Positions 8,703 through 17,955 of a DNA stretch of 55,804 nt are shown piece after piece; positions within the stretch are counted from its first letter, which is position 1, and every line of letters begins with the position of its first letter. The stretch spans positions 26,054 through 81,857 of the forward strand of contig CAZBXI010000002.1 of the NCBI GenBank assembly GCA_964496035.1, in the 5' to 3' direction. Under the pieces are notes generated by a model. That model searched no databases. It was not told the DNA's origin and saw only the letters and a program-made list of their open reading frames with translations. The stretch comes from an uncultured Desulfurococcales archaeon. GTDB lineage: Archaea > Thermoproteota > Thermoprotei_A > EX4484-217-1. A program made the position numbers and the translations under genes.

Positions 8703-9392
8703 TTATTTAACAAGTTCATGTAGGGCTATGTTTACATCAGGTATTTTTCTTCTAAGAATATGTCTTGTTGATTTAGGTGGAAAAACATAGCCCTGTTTAA
8801 CAACATTTATCACTTCCCTCCTTTCAATACAAGGCGGAATTACAGCTAAGCCATTGTACTTACGTTTCTCAACCTCATAATCTGGGACTATTTCTACAAA
8901 AAATCCTTTGCTTAACATCCACTTCTCGAATAAATGTAATTCTCTATAAATTTCAAGTATAGACTTACTTGTTTCTACGGTTAAGCGTTTTTCACCATTG
9001 ATAACAATAACAATACTTCGCCTACGCTGAGGTTTCCCCCTTTCTTTAACACTCTTGCAGAGCATTTTAGTAGCTAATTTCTCAACGTTTCTCCCATGAA
9101 ATATCCTCGCCCATGAGCGTATTTTAACTTCTGAGTAGTTAACTAGAATTGCTGGTATACGCTTAAACCCTAATTCTCTAGCAATAGTTACCCGATGTGT
9201 TCCGTCAAGAACAATCATAGTATTTTTCTCAACTATTATAGGCTTTTTTAGAACTCCATCATTAATTATTTGTCTTTTTAATTTCTCTAAATGCTCCTCG
9301 ATATATTCCTCATGAAGTTTTAGATCATTAGGATCAACTAGGTAAATGCCATATATACTATAGTCCTCGATGATGGTGTCGGTAGAAAGCAT
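8703..9392 (-). CDS. ParB/sulfiredoxin-fold protein; candidate ADP-dependent free serine kinase (SerK) family
   Basis: 229 aa. It shows LHEE...KPIIV...VLDGTHRVTIARELGFKRIPAILV, the ParB/Srx DG-x-HR core. The SerK assignment is from memory of the family only. Confidence 0.45.
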   Translation of the reverse strand: MLSTDTIIEDYSIYGIYLVDPNDLKLHEEYIEEHLEKLKRQIINDGVLKKPIIVEKNTMIVLDGTHRVTIARELGFKRIPAILVNYSEVKIRSWARIFHGRNVEKLATKMLCKSVKERGKPQRRRSIVIVINGEKRLTVETSKSILEIYRELHLFEKWMLSKGFFVEIVPDYEVEKRKYNGLAVIPPCIERREVINVVKQGYVFPPKSTRHILRRKIPDVNIALHELVK

Positions 9393-9649
9393 GAAACCAC
9401 CAAGAAGATGAAGTAAACTACTTTACCAACACCATTGCCAGCAAGCGGCCCCTACATTAAGACAAGAAAACCTAAATATTTCAGGGGCCACTTTACATTA
9501 ACACCCATTTTGAAATGTTATTTTAGGATATATAAGCATTGTCCTAAAAATATTGGAGAAAATACTTATGGAAACTAGGATTTATACGAAAGAGTTAATA
9601 AACCCCCGTGAAAATACTTGAAACTAGCAGAGCTCCCCTAACACCCCTC

Positions 9650-10240
9650 TTACCTGTCCTCCCTCTTTCTTTTCAATACAATAATATTGTCCATGTACTT
9701 CATTAGTTCAATAACTAAACTTCTCTCCTTAGCAGTGATTCCTGTTCCGTAATTAAAGGAGAGCTCATGTCCGTAGTAGGCGTTTGCTATGAACGTTTTA
9801 GATAACATTATACATTCATCTATTAGCTCTAGAGATCCTGCATGGAAATATAGTGTAAGATCATTTATTACCAGTATTTCTGTAGGATTGGCTAAGTATT
9901 TGAAAATAATTTTCTCAATGTTTTCTTTGTTCTTTACGGCCAGACTCAGCAATTCCTGGGAAGATTTAGCGGAAATTCTAGGTGTATATACCTTAAGAGG
10001 AGTTAGGTAAGCAAATACTTTCGAAGGATTAAAGCCGAAATCTAGGAATTTTCCACCAATATTTCCTATTTTCTTAGGTGCGAAATCCAGTACCGTAATG
10101 TGTTTACCATAACCATTGTTTACCAAGTTCAAGGTAAGTTTTAACGTTAAAAGAGTTTTTCCCGAAGCTAGTTCCCCTATTATAAGTGTCCTTTTATTTA
10201 AGACCTCACTTACGCTTAGTTGCTGAATATTTGCCTGCAA
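9650..10240 (-). CDS. P-loop NTPase of unknown function
   Basis: 196 aa. Walker A is GELASGKT (aa 22-29) and a Walker-B-like hydrophobic strand is ILVINDLT. The only possible start upstream of Walker A is the TTG at 10240, which lies 35 nt inside thiW. Confidence 0.55.
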   Translation of the reverse strand: MQANIQQLSVSEVLNKRTLIIGELASGKTLLTLKLTLNLVNNGYGKHITVLDFAPKKIGNIGGKFLDFGFNPSKVFAYLTPLKVYTPRISAKSSQELLSLAVKNKENIEKIIFKYLANPTEILVINDLTLYFHAGSLELIDECIMLSKTFIANAYYGHELSFNYGTGITAKERSLVIELMKYMDNIIVLKRKREDR

Positions 10241-10742
10241 TTCTAAGCACCTTCAATATAATGAGGCCAAATATTGATCCTGGTATGGAACTTAAAGCGA
10301 AAAGCACCCATATAGGGATCAGTGCTCCTGCAACCTTTAAATCACCAATTAGTGGGGCTACCATGTATACTGAGAGAGTTCCTCCAATGAGAACTGTACC
10401 TATAGGCTCGGTTAAGGCAGCATAGTCTACTGCTTCCGGCTTGACCCTTCTAATGATGTAAGCAAATATTCCTACAATAACGCCTCCAGGTATTCCTCCG
10501 GGGAAGGCATATATTGTCCCTACGCCCATAGCGTTTCTAATGACGCCTATTACTGTAGCTATGAGGGCAGCCCATAGGGGGCCTAGAAGCACACCTGCAA
10601 TAGCATTTACCATGTGTTGTCCAGGGTAAGCTTTTGTAGTTAAAAACGGTATGTACAAGAACGGGGCTATGGTAACGCCTAATGCTATAAAAATAGCTGA
10701 AAGCACTATTTTATTGGAAATTTTTTCGGTGGAAACAACCAT
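10206..10742 (-). CDS. thiW: ThiW-like ECF-type S component (thiamine precursor transporter)
   Basis: 178 aa polytopic membrane protein. PGQHMVNAIAGVLLGP...IRNAMGVGTIYAFPGGIPGG resembles the ThiW signature (from memory). Confidence 0.6.
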   Translation of the reverse strand: MVVSTEKISNKIVLSAIFIALGVTIAPFLYIPFLTTKAYPGQHMVNAIAGVLLGPLWAALIATVIGVIRNAMGVGTIYAFPGGIPGGVIVGIFAYIIRRVKPEAVDYAALTEPIGTVLIGGTLSVYMVAPLIGDLKVAGALIPIWVLFALSSIPGSIFGLIILKVLRIAGKYSATKRK

Positions 10743-10892
10743 AGGCTATGATTCCTCATCATAATCAGAACATATAGGAAACTATTAAACTTTAATCATT
10801 GACGAAATATGGAAAGCTTTAGAAAGTATGAGAAACAGCTTAAATATCACCTGTTTCTAAAGAGTGGATAGCTTAAGAAGAGAGCGAGGAAC

Positions 10893-11429
10893 ATGGGTAA
10901 AATATCAAGCGGCGCTAAGGCTGGTCTTGTAGGAGGCTTACTAGCAGGCGTGATCGCGGGTGTCATAACATACTCGCAAATGACGATTTTCAAGGAAGAA
11001 TACATGAACATACTTAGAGAAACACTTAAAGAAGCTTTTGAAAAATATGGTGCGCAATTACCTTCGGGAATGTCTCTAGATCAGCTTGTGGAAATATCTT
11101 ACAATACTGGGAGAATTTGGGGTAGTATTGGAGCAATTATAGTTTTCATCATTATCGGAGTAATTGTGGGTTTAGTGTATGCAGTGATTTACAATAAACT
11201 TCCAACAAAAAGCCCTATACTTAAGGCGCTAACACTTACCTTGGCAATATACGTTATTTGGACAATAATTTCGGAGACCTCAGCTTTCAGTACGGGTCTT
11301 CCCGAACCTAAAACATTACCTCAATGGCTTATATTCTCCGGATATATCATAGGTTTCATTGAGTATGCACTTCTAGGAGCCATTATGGGTGCATTGTACT
11401 ATAGGTGGTATATGAGTACAGCTGGGTAA
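10893..11429 (+). CDS. integral membrane protein, first gene of the ABC transporter operon
   Basis: 178 aa with about 4 hydrophobic helices and Gly-rich ends. No family recognised. Confidence 0.5.
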   Translation: MGKISSGAKAGLVGGLLAGVIAGVITYSQMTIFKEEYMNILRETLKEAFEKYGAQLPSGMSLDQLVEISYNTGRIWGSIGAIIVFIIIGVIVGLVYAVIYNKLPTKSPILKALTLTLAIYVIWTIISETSAFSTGLPEPKTLPQWLIFSGYIIGFIEYALLGAIMGALYYRWYMSTAG

Positions 11430-11434
11430 ACACT

Positions 11435-12151
11435 ATGAAGAACTCTGCATTTAAGGAACATACAGAACTAGTTTACGTATTAAACTCGGTGGCGAAGATT
11501 TATGGAAAGGGTAGATTAGCAGTAAAAGCTCTTGACGAAGTATCTTTTAATGTTGGGCGTGGAGAATTTTTAGTTATAATGGGGCCTTCCGGTTCAGGTA
11601 AAACTACCCTACTTAACATCCTAGGTTTACTCGATAAACCTACTCAAGGGAAAGTGTTTTTCCTGGGAAAGGATGTTAGCAGGCTAAATGATGCTGAAGC
11701 TTCGAAAATTAGAGCTAAACATATTGGTTTTGTTTTCCAAACGTTTAACCTTATACCTTGGCTTACAGCCTTGGAAAATGTAGAGATGGCTTTAGCGATA
11801 GCTGGCTACCCCTTCTATAAACGTAGAAGAAGAGCTAAGGAGCTTTTAGAAGCAGTTGGCCTAGGTAGCCGCTTACATCATAGACCCACAGAGTTAAGTG
11901 GTGGAGAACAGCAAAGAGTAGCAATAGCTAGAGCATTAGCTAATAACCCAGAAGTAATACTTGCTGATGAACCTACAGGTAACCTTGACAGCAAAAGCGG
12001 AGAAGTCGTTATAAATATCCTAAAAGAACTCTCTTTAAAGCAGAACAGAACAGTTATTGTAGCTACACATAATCCAAGAATAGCTAAAGTTGCTGACAGA
12101 ATAATTTATTTACATGATGGGAAAATAGTTAGAGAAGAAGTTGAGGTGTGA
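11435..12151 (+). CDS. ABC transporter ATP-binding protein (MacB/LolD type)
   Basis: Walker A GPSGSGKTT, Q-loop, signature LSGGEQQR, Walker B ILADEPTGNLD. I prefer the ATG at 11435 over the track's GTG at 11405 because it follows the upstream stop. Confidence 0.9.
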   Translation: MKNSAFKEHTELVYVLNSVAKIYGKGRLAVKALDEVSFNVGRGEFLVIMGPSGSGKTTLLNILGLLDKPTQGKVFFLGKDVSRLNDAEASKIRAKHIGFVFQTFNLIPWLTALENVEMALAIAGYPFYKRRRRAKELLEAVGLGSRLHHRPTELSGGEQQRVAIARALANNPEVILADEPTGNLDSKSGEVVINILKELSLKQNRTVIVATHNPRIAKVADRIIYLHDGKIVREEVEV

Positions 12152-13368
12152 GAATGAAGAAAATACTATACTTGGTTATAATGCTATCTCTACTCCTAGC
12201 TTCCTTTATAGCCTCCGTTAAATGTAAACATGATGACGTATTATTTCTAGGTGCAAAATGGGGTGTTGAAGAAGTAGACTACATAGCAACGCCAGGTTCA
12301 ATAAACGTAATTACAGTTTATATAACCCCTACGTTAGCTAATGGGTTAAAAGACATAATAGCCGAGTTGCATCTACCTAAACCGCTCACTGGCTTAGATG
12401 GAGAAAGTATTGTAAAGACCTCACACATGGAATTCGTTCCCAAGGGACAAATACTTCCGTTATTGTTTAAGGTAATAGTTCCACTAAATACTTCTGAAGG
12501 AAATTACACATTCCGACTTAAGATTAAATATACGATATTAGCTCCTTTACCTGAAGAGCGGAAATGGGAGGTAGAGTTTAGCCTACCAATATCTGGTAGA
12601 ACATACGTTTATACGGAACTTCTGGCAGAAAAACTGGAAAAGGGAAAAGTTCAGAACATCAACTTCAATGTTGTTTACGTAGGTAATGAGCCTGTAGAAT
12701 TAAATATAGACTTCCAGTCAGATGCACTATCCATTCTTGACTATGAACCCAAGGCTCCTATCTTAACCGATAAGCCAGGAAGCTTTAAAGCTAGCGCTAA
12801 AGTTTACTGCCCACCTGACGTTCAAGTAAATGGCCTGCCTATAACTATTACAGTTACATATAAGACTCTGCAAGCTTCGGGTACGTACGCTAAAACGTAC
12901 ATAATACCTTTAGCAAGAAAAGCAGAAGTTGTGTTTACAGAAGTACAGTACACTACATCAGGCAGTAGCGTGATTATTAGGGGGCAACTAGTAAATGTAG
13001 GAGACTATGACGCTAAATACTTAACAGTATATGCGCAAACATTGGATGAAGGTTTAGCTGTAGAAAACCCAACAACATACCTTGGAACATTAGCTGCAGG
13101 TGAAGGAACAAGTTTTCTAATCTACGCTTCAGCAGAGAAGATAGGAAAGTATGGTTTGAAGCTTTCTGCAAAATATTATGGACCAGATATGGAGTGGCAT
13201 GAAACTACGGAAGAAATTAGCATTGAAATCTCAGGTATTGCTGAGGAAAAAGAAAAAATAACTCCTATAAAATATGAGGAAATATTACCAATTATAATAG
13301 GACTTCCAGCAGTAACACTAATCATAGGATTTATTATGGGTCGGTACACGAGGTGGAAGAGTGCTTGA
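12148..13368 (+). CDS. extracytoplasmic protein with N-terminal signal/anchor and C-terminal TM helix, inside the ABC operon
   Basis: 406 aa with a hydrophobic N-terminus, a beta-rich body and a C-terminal helix (ILPIIIGLPAVTLIIGFIMG). It overlaps both neighbours by a few nt. Confidence 0.55.
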   Translation: MRMKKILYLVIMLSLLLASFIASVKCKHDDVLFLGAKWGVEEVDYIATPGSINVITVYITPTLANGLKDIIAELHLPKPLTGLDGESIVKTSHMEFVPKGQILPLLFKVIVPLNTSEGNYTFRLKIKYTILAPLPEERKWEVEFSLPISGRTYVYTELLAEKLEKGKVQNINFNVVYVGNEPVELNIDFQSDALSILDYEPKAPILTDKPGSFKASAKVYCPPDVQVNGLPITITVTYKTLQASGTYAKTYIIPLARKAEVVFTEVQYTTSGSSVIIRGQLVNVGDYDAKYLTVYAQTLDEGLAVENPTTYLGTLAAGEGTSFLIYASAEKIGKYGLKLSAKYYGPDMEWHETTEEISIEISGIAEEKEKITPIKYEEILPIIIGLPAVTLIIGFIMGRYTRWKSA

Positions 13369-14570
13369 ACATAATAGATTTATTGAAGTTTTCTATCAAG
13401 GGGATTAGAAGTAGAACCTTAAGAAGTGTTTTAACTCTCTTAGGTATTTTAATAGGCGTAATTCTCCTAACTACAGTACTAACGGTTAGCGATAGTGTAA
13501 CGTATTCCTTGGCTTCAATATTTGCTAAGGGCGGGTTAAATAACATATATGTAGCCTACACAACAGCAGAAGGTTTTACATGGACAGACACTTCTCAAAT
13601 AGAGAGAATACCTCATGTAGTAGCTGTTTCTCCAAGATTAACAGCAGGGGTTTCAGTAAATTATGGTGGGTTAAGGGAAGAAGCTGTGATCATTGGCTTA
13701 CCTAAAGAGAAAATAGCTTTAGTCATACCGGACTTAGAGGTTAAGGAAGGGGCAAAAACTCTTACTTCAACCTATGGTTGCTTTATAGGCTCATCTTTAG
13801 CATCTAAAATAGAGGAGAAAGGTTTGAAAATTAGAGTAGGAGATGTAATCTATGTTAATCTTAGAAATGCACGTATAGCTTTAAGAATTGAAGGAATATT
13901 GGAACGTTATGGCTTTACATTTATAGGCTACATTGACGAATCACTCATAGTGCCTTACGGTGCTGTTAAAAAACTTATTGAAGAAGCTACTGGTCGTAGA
14001 ATTACCAGATACCAGGAACTCATAGTTACAGCTGATAGCGTAGATAATGTAGATTTCATAACTGAGCATTTAAGGTACCTATATGGGAGAGCCGTTATGA
14101 TATTTGCTATAAAGGACGTAGTTAAGTCTATTATTGAAAGCTTAAGAGGTTTCACAATAATTATAGGGGGCATAGCATCTGTAACGTTAATAGTTGCTTC
14201 TGTAGGGGTTATGAACGCCATGTTTACTACGGTTATGGAGAGAACAAGGGTTATAGGGGTTCTAAGGGCGCTCGGTATAAGAAGGTATGAGGTTTTACTT
14301 AACATAGTTTTGGAGGCTTTAATATTAGCCGTGGTAGCGATAATTTCCGGTATACCTTTAGGGGTGTTTGTAGGGTCGATGCTTATACAAGGAGGATTCT
14401 TAGGGTTTGGAGGGCCTAGGGGAAGCTTAGGAGGAGTAGAATTTATAGTAACTAATCAAACATTAATCATGGTAGCGTCAATAACATTGCTTTTGACGTT
14501 AATAGGTGCTCTACCCCCAGCTTATAGAGCTGCAAAACTTGAACCTGCTCGTGCCCTAAGGTATGAGTAA
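13353..14570 (+). CDS. ABC transporter permease, FtsX/MacB-like
   Basis: 405 aa. It has an N-terminal TM helix, a large periplasmic-type domain, and a C-terminal FtsX-like 3-TM block (RTRVIGVLRALGIRR...PAYRAAKLEPARALRYE). Confidence 0.8.
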   Translation: MEECLNIIDLLKFSIKGIRSRTLRSVLTLLGILIGVILLTTVLTVSDSVTYSLASIFAKGGLNNIYVAYTTAEGFTWTDTSQIERIPHVVAVSPRLTAGVSVNYGGLREEAVIIGLPKEKIALVIPDLEVKEGAKTLTSTYGCFIGSSLASKIEEKGLKIRVGDVIYVNLRNARIALRIEGILERYGFTFIGYIDESLIVPYGAVKKLIEEATGRRITRYQELIVTADSVDNVDFITEHLRYLYGRAVMIFAIKDVVKSIIESLRGFTIIIGGIASVTLIVASVGVMNAMFTTVMERTRVIGVLRALGIRRYEVLLNIVLEALILAVVAIISGIPLGVFVGSMLIQGGFLGFGGPRGSLGGVEFIVTNQTLIMVASITLLLTLIGALPPAYRAAKLEPARALRYE

Positions 14571-15472
14571 TGGCTAAAATACCTATAAGAGGAGAATACG
14601 ATTTAGATTTAACAATGTTCCCTTCATTTACATCATCTTTGTTTACTAAACTAAGTAAGGATTATTGGGTTAAAACATATGGAGCCTTCAAAGGGTTAAA
14701 GCTTAAGGTGAGAAACAGCTTTTTAGAATCAAATATCAATAATATCGAAGTTGTTAACCTTCTTTCAGGACTATGGTACGAGCCAAATAGGTACCTAAAT
14801 GAGCTGAGTAGAAGTGTAAGGTATAAGGTAGAGTATGTAGTTGATGTTTACGAGAAAATAAGGATTGCCATAAACCCTTATGATAAAGAATTAATGTTTT
14901 TAGCTACTGCTCTTTCGCAGAGAACAAACTACCATGCGAACGTAATAAAGTGGGTTAAACATATCGCATCCTTAGTAGATAGAGGTTTAAGCATTAAGTC
15001 AATAAACCTAATGGATTTAGGCAGAAGTTATCAGCTGAAAAGAGCCAATGTTATTATTAAACATTGCATAAATATTGTTGAGAAAGATAAGGCATTAAGC
15101 GTAGATGATGTAAAGAAGTTCAAAAAAGTCTTACTTACATGTAAATTTGTAGGACCAAAAGTTGTCAACGCGTACCTAATGTTCACAAGAAAAGCACCCT
15201 ACATAGTACCTGTTGACATACATTTCATTAGGTTTCTAAAGAACTTAAATCTTCTTGAATTCAAGAGAAAGCCTGTTAAAAATTTTTGTGCCAAATATAT
15301 ATGCGATGAATGCCCATACAGGTACGAGTGTGTAGAAGCACTTGCTATGAAAGTGTTTAAGAATCTTTCCTCATGGATTCAAACGGTAGCTTACGTCCAC
15401 GATAAACTATATTGCTCTAGGAACAAATGTAGCTCATGTCCGTTGAGAAGTCTTTGCGTAAAAACTAAATAA
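14570..15472 (+). CDS. HhH-GPD superfamily DNA glycosylase, endonuclease III-like with Fe-S loop
   Basis: 300 aa. Motifs are LSQRTNY, HhH (CKFVGPKVVNAYL), VDIHFIRF and a C-terminal C-x5-C-x2-C-x5-C (CSRNKCSSCPLRSLC). Confidence 0.6.
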   Translation: MAKIPIRGEYDLDLTMFPSFTSSLFTKLSKDYWVKTYGAFKGLKLKVRNSFLESNINNIEVVNLLSGLWYEPNRYLNELSRSVRYKVEYVVDVYEKIRIAINPYDKELMFLATALSQRTNYHANVIKWVKHIASLVDRGLSIKSINLMDLGRSYQLKRANVIIKHCINIVEKDKALSVDDVKKFKKVLLTCKFVGPKVVNAYLMFTRKAPYIVPVDIHFIRFLKNLNLLEFKRKPVKNFCAKYICDECPYRYECVEALAMKVFKNLSSWIQTVAYVHDKLYCSRNKCSSCPLRSLCVKTK

Positions 15473-16235
15473 GCTCCTCTGGAATATTGTTTGGACTATA
15501 TGCTATCCGCGGTTTCAAACCATGTTTCTTCAGTAGTTTAACAACATGGGGATATAGAAAAACGTATTCTGGTTCAAGTTCTTCAACAAGTTCATCGTCT
15601 ATTTCTCTTAACTTCTCTATTAATAGTTCGAGACTTTCCTTAGAGCTAAAACTCAACATTACAGCTGGGTGCGTAGAAACTCCATAGTCAATAAGGTTTT
15701 TAAGAGCTTTCAACTGCAAATTAAATGCCTCTGGCTCAGCGCCTGTAAGTTTAGCGAATTCTTCGGAAGTACATCCCTTTAGTGATACTCTAACATGTAT
15801 ATTATTTTTAAATTTGGAAAGTTCCTTAACATAGTCTCTTTGAGCACCTAAAAGTATACCGTTAGTTTCTAAAATAAATAGATAGTTTGTTCCTTCAAGG
15901 AGTTCAAGTAGCTGAATTAAATGTTTTCTTCCAATTGTCGGTTCTCCGCCACTAACTCTTAGCTGTCTATAACCTCTTTTAGAAGCAATATTTACGAGTT
16001 TTATGTAAACTTCCTTGGGCGTGTAGAAGCGCCCATATTTGCTCATATTGTCTCTAGGTCTCCAGCTCCAGCAGAATTTGCACCTTAAATTACAACCGAC
16101 ACTATCAGCTGTAGCTATGCCTCCGTACCAACGACCTCCGCGAAACCTATAGTACTTTCTAAGCTCTATTTCTCTTTCACTACGAACAACTATTTTCCTT
16201 ACAGCTTCAGTGAGCTTTAATGGGTCATAGTACAC
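15465..16235 (-). CDS. radical SAM protein
   Basis: 256 aa. It has a C-x3-C-x2-C cluster (CNLRCKFCW) and a GGEPT SAM-binding motif. Confidence 0.8.
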   Translation of the reverse strand: MYYDPLKLTEAVRKIVVRSEREIELRKYYRFRGGRWYGGIATADSVGCNLRCKFCWSWRPRDNMSKYGRFYTPKEVYIKLVNIASKRGYRQLRVSGGEPTIGRKHLIQLLELLEGTNYLFILETNGILLGAQRDYVKELSKFKNNIHVRVSLKGCTSEEFAKLTGAEPEAFNLQLKALKNLIDYGVSTHPAVMLSFSSKESLELLIEKLREIDDELVEELEPEYVFLYPHVVKLLKKHGLKPRIAYSPNNIPEELI

Positions 16236-16305
16236 TATTTAACAGCACCCATATATTAGATGACTATTTCTCTTTCTAAATAGAACTATTGAGGAAAGGT
16301 TAGAA

Positions 16306-17202
16306 ATGGGTTTCGAAACTATAGCTGAAGCAGCTGGAATCTACCTAAGAATACCGGAAGGCACCCCGTACAGTTTTTACGATTCTCCTTACATTGGACA
16401 TAGAAACACTACAGCTATTGATGTTTACTTTGAAAATAATGAAGCACTTTTACCTGTCGATGAAGCTAAGGTTAAAGAGGTAAGGTGGTTTAATGCACCT
16501 AAATATAGAGCCGATGGTTGGGATAAAGAACCATTAACGCTTCTTGAACTAGGTGAAAATAAGGTTCTTAAAGTGCTACATGTTAACCCTAAAGTTAATG
16601 TAGGTGAAAAACTATACTTAGGAGACTTTTTCGGTGAATGTATTGTTTCAGGGTATTTATGTCCTTGGAGCGATAGCCATGCGCATTTCGAAATAAGACC
16701 TTCAGAAGACCCATATAGGGCTAGAGGTGCTTACACTTTAAACATAGCTCCTACGGTAGAGAAAATAGAAGAAACATTACGTTTCATACCTAAAACCTAC
16801 ACTGTAGCTGAAATGAGAAAACACTACATGTGGGTTAAACCTAAAGAAACTGCAAACTACCTAACGGCATTAGTAGCAAAAATTGGTAATAGTCTGGGAT
16901 ATGTTGACGCCGGTATACCACACTATGGCCTAGGTGGAATACTGTTAAACGGTAGGGTAAATGCCTCTATAGGAGATACGATATATTGGGATTCCATGCA
17001 GTTAGGCTATGTTACCAAGACTTATTCTTTAAGCTTGCTATTTGTTGCCCCTATAGAGGTTTTTGTAGATAATGTTAAGGTTAGAGGTATAGGAACATAT
17101 ATAAATGGAAGATTTCTCAAAGTAATCTTTACAGATTCTGCGAAAGAAAAACCATGGAAAGAAGGTGATGAAGTAGAAATAAAAGTGTCGGTGTTGGATT
17201 AA
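16306..17202 (+). CDS. hypothetical protein with an H-x-H-F-E motif (possible LytM/M23-like metal site)
   Basis: 298 aa. SDSHAHFEIR resembles the HLHFE motif of M23 peptidases. GHRNTTAID is only a loose match to H-x3-D. Confidence 0.35.
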   Translation: MGFETIAEAAGIYLRIPEGTPYSFYDSPYIGHRNTTAIDVYFENNEALLPVDEAKVKEVRWFNAPKYRADGWDKEPLTLLELGENKVLKVLHVNPKVNVGEKLYLGDFFGECIVSGYLCPWSDSHAHFEIRPSEDPYRARGAYTLNIAPTVEKIEETLRFIPKTYTVAEMRKHYMWVKPKETANYLTALVAKIGNSLGYVDAGIPHYGLGGILLNGRVNASIGDTIYWDSMQLGYVTKTYSLSLLFVAPIEVFVDNVKVRGIGTYINGRFLKVIFTDSAKEKPWKEGDEVEIKVSVLD

Positions 17203-17906
17203 TGGTCGAAGAGAAAATAGAGCTAATAGCTCTTGACTATCATGGAACGTTATCGTTTAGAAAAAAGTCGAACATTTGGAGTGTAAGCTCTGATGTTGTA
17301 GAGACTCTACTTAAAGCTAGAAAATACGGGATAAAATTAGCAATAGTAACTAGCGGTTCAGGTAAGACCGTTCCTGGAAATATCAGATCGCTAAGTGATA
17401 TTCTAGCCTTCGAAAATGGAACAGTATTCATATATAACGGGAAATGCTTAATGTATAAACCTAAAGAGTGGAATAAAATTAGAGAGTTGTTTCTAACAGA
17501 AAATATTAAGCCTAAATCTGTGGGAAGAGTAGTAATAGTTTACGGCATTACCTACTCTGAAAAGATAAGGGAAATCATTTTGAAACATGGTCTCCAAGAT
17601 TATGTTAGCACAATTAGAAATGTAAACAGATTGGTAATAGCTCCTAAAAATAGTGGAAAGGATCTAGCACTCAGGAGGATTAAGGAAATACTAAACATTA
17701 AAGGTAAAGTACTAGCATTAGGAGACGGAGAAAACGATGTAGCACTACTTAGAGAAGCAGATATTGGAGTAGCTCCAGCAAACGCTGTTGAAGAGGTAAA
17801 GAAAATTGCAGATTACATATGTGATAAAACTAACGGAGAATGCGTTAAAGAAGTAATTGAGAACATAATATCACATAATGGAATATTTTACTCTTTTAAA
17901 CGTTAA
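17202..17906 (+). CDS. HAD-superfamily phosphatase (Cof/type IIB)
   Basis: 234 aa. Motifs are LIALDYHGTL (DxD-type nucleophile motif), VTSGS and LGDGENDVALL. Confidence 0.75.
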   Translation: MVEEKIELIALDYHGTLSFRKKSNIWSVSSDVVETLLKARKYGIKLAIVTSGSGKTVPGNIRSLSDILAFENGTVFIYNGKCLMYKPKEWNKIRELFLTENIKPKSVGRVVIVYGITYSEKIREIILKHGLQDYVSTIRNVNRLVIAPKNSGKDLALRRIKEILNIKGKVLALGDGENDVALLREADIGVAPANAVEEVKKIADYICDKTNGECVKEVIENIISHNGIFYSFKR

Positions 17907-17955
17907 ATAATTCTAATACTTAGCTTATACTGAAGATAAATCTAGGATAGACATC

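Noticed and set aside
9447-9489. A GC-rich 7-bp hairpin (GGCCCCT / AGGGGCC) with a 29-nt AT-rich loop lies in the 257-bp spacer between the P-loop gene and the ParB-like gene. G-runs occur on the minus strand just after the P-loop gene stop.
   Set aside because: I found no box C/D, H/ACA or other RNA-family signature. It is a single short stem with an unstructured loop, and the region must also hold the ParB-like gene promoter. The evidence is insufficient for an ncRNA call.
10743-10892. I looked for a TPP riboswitch upstream of the thiW-like gene.
   Set aside because: No CUGAGA or ACCUGAUCUGGAUAAUGCCAGCG-like core is visible on the minus strand. The region is AT-rich and promoter-like.
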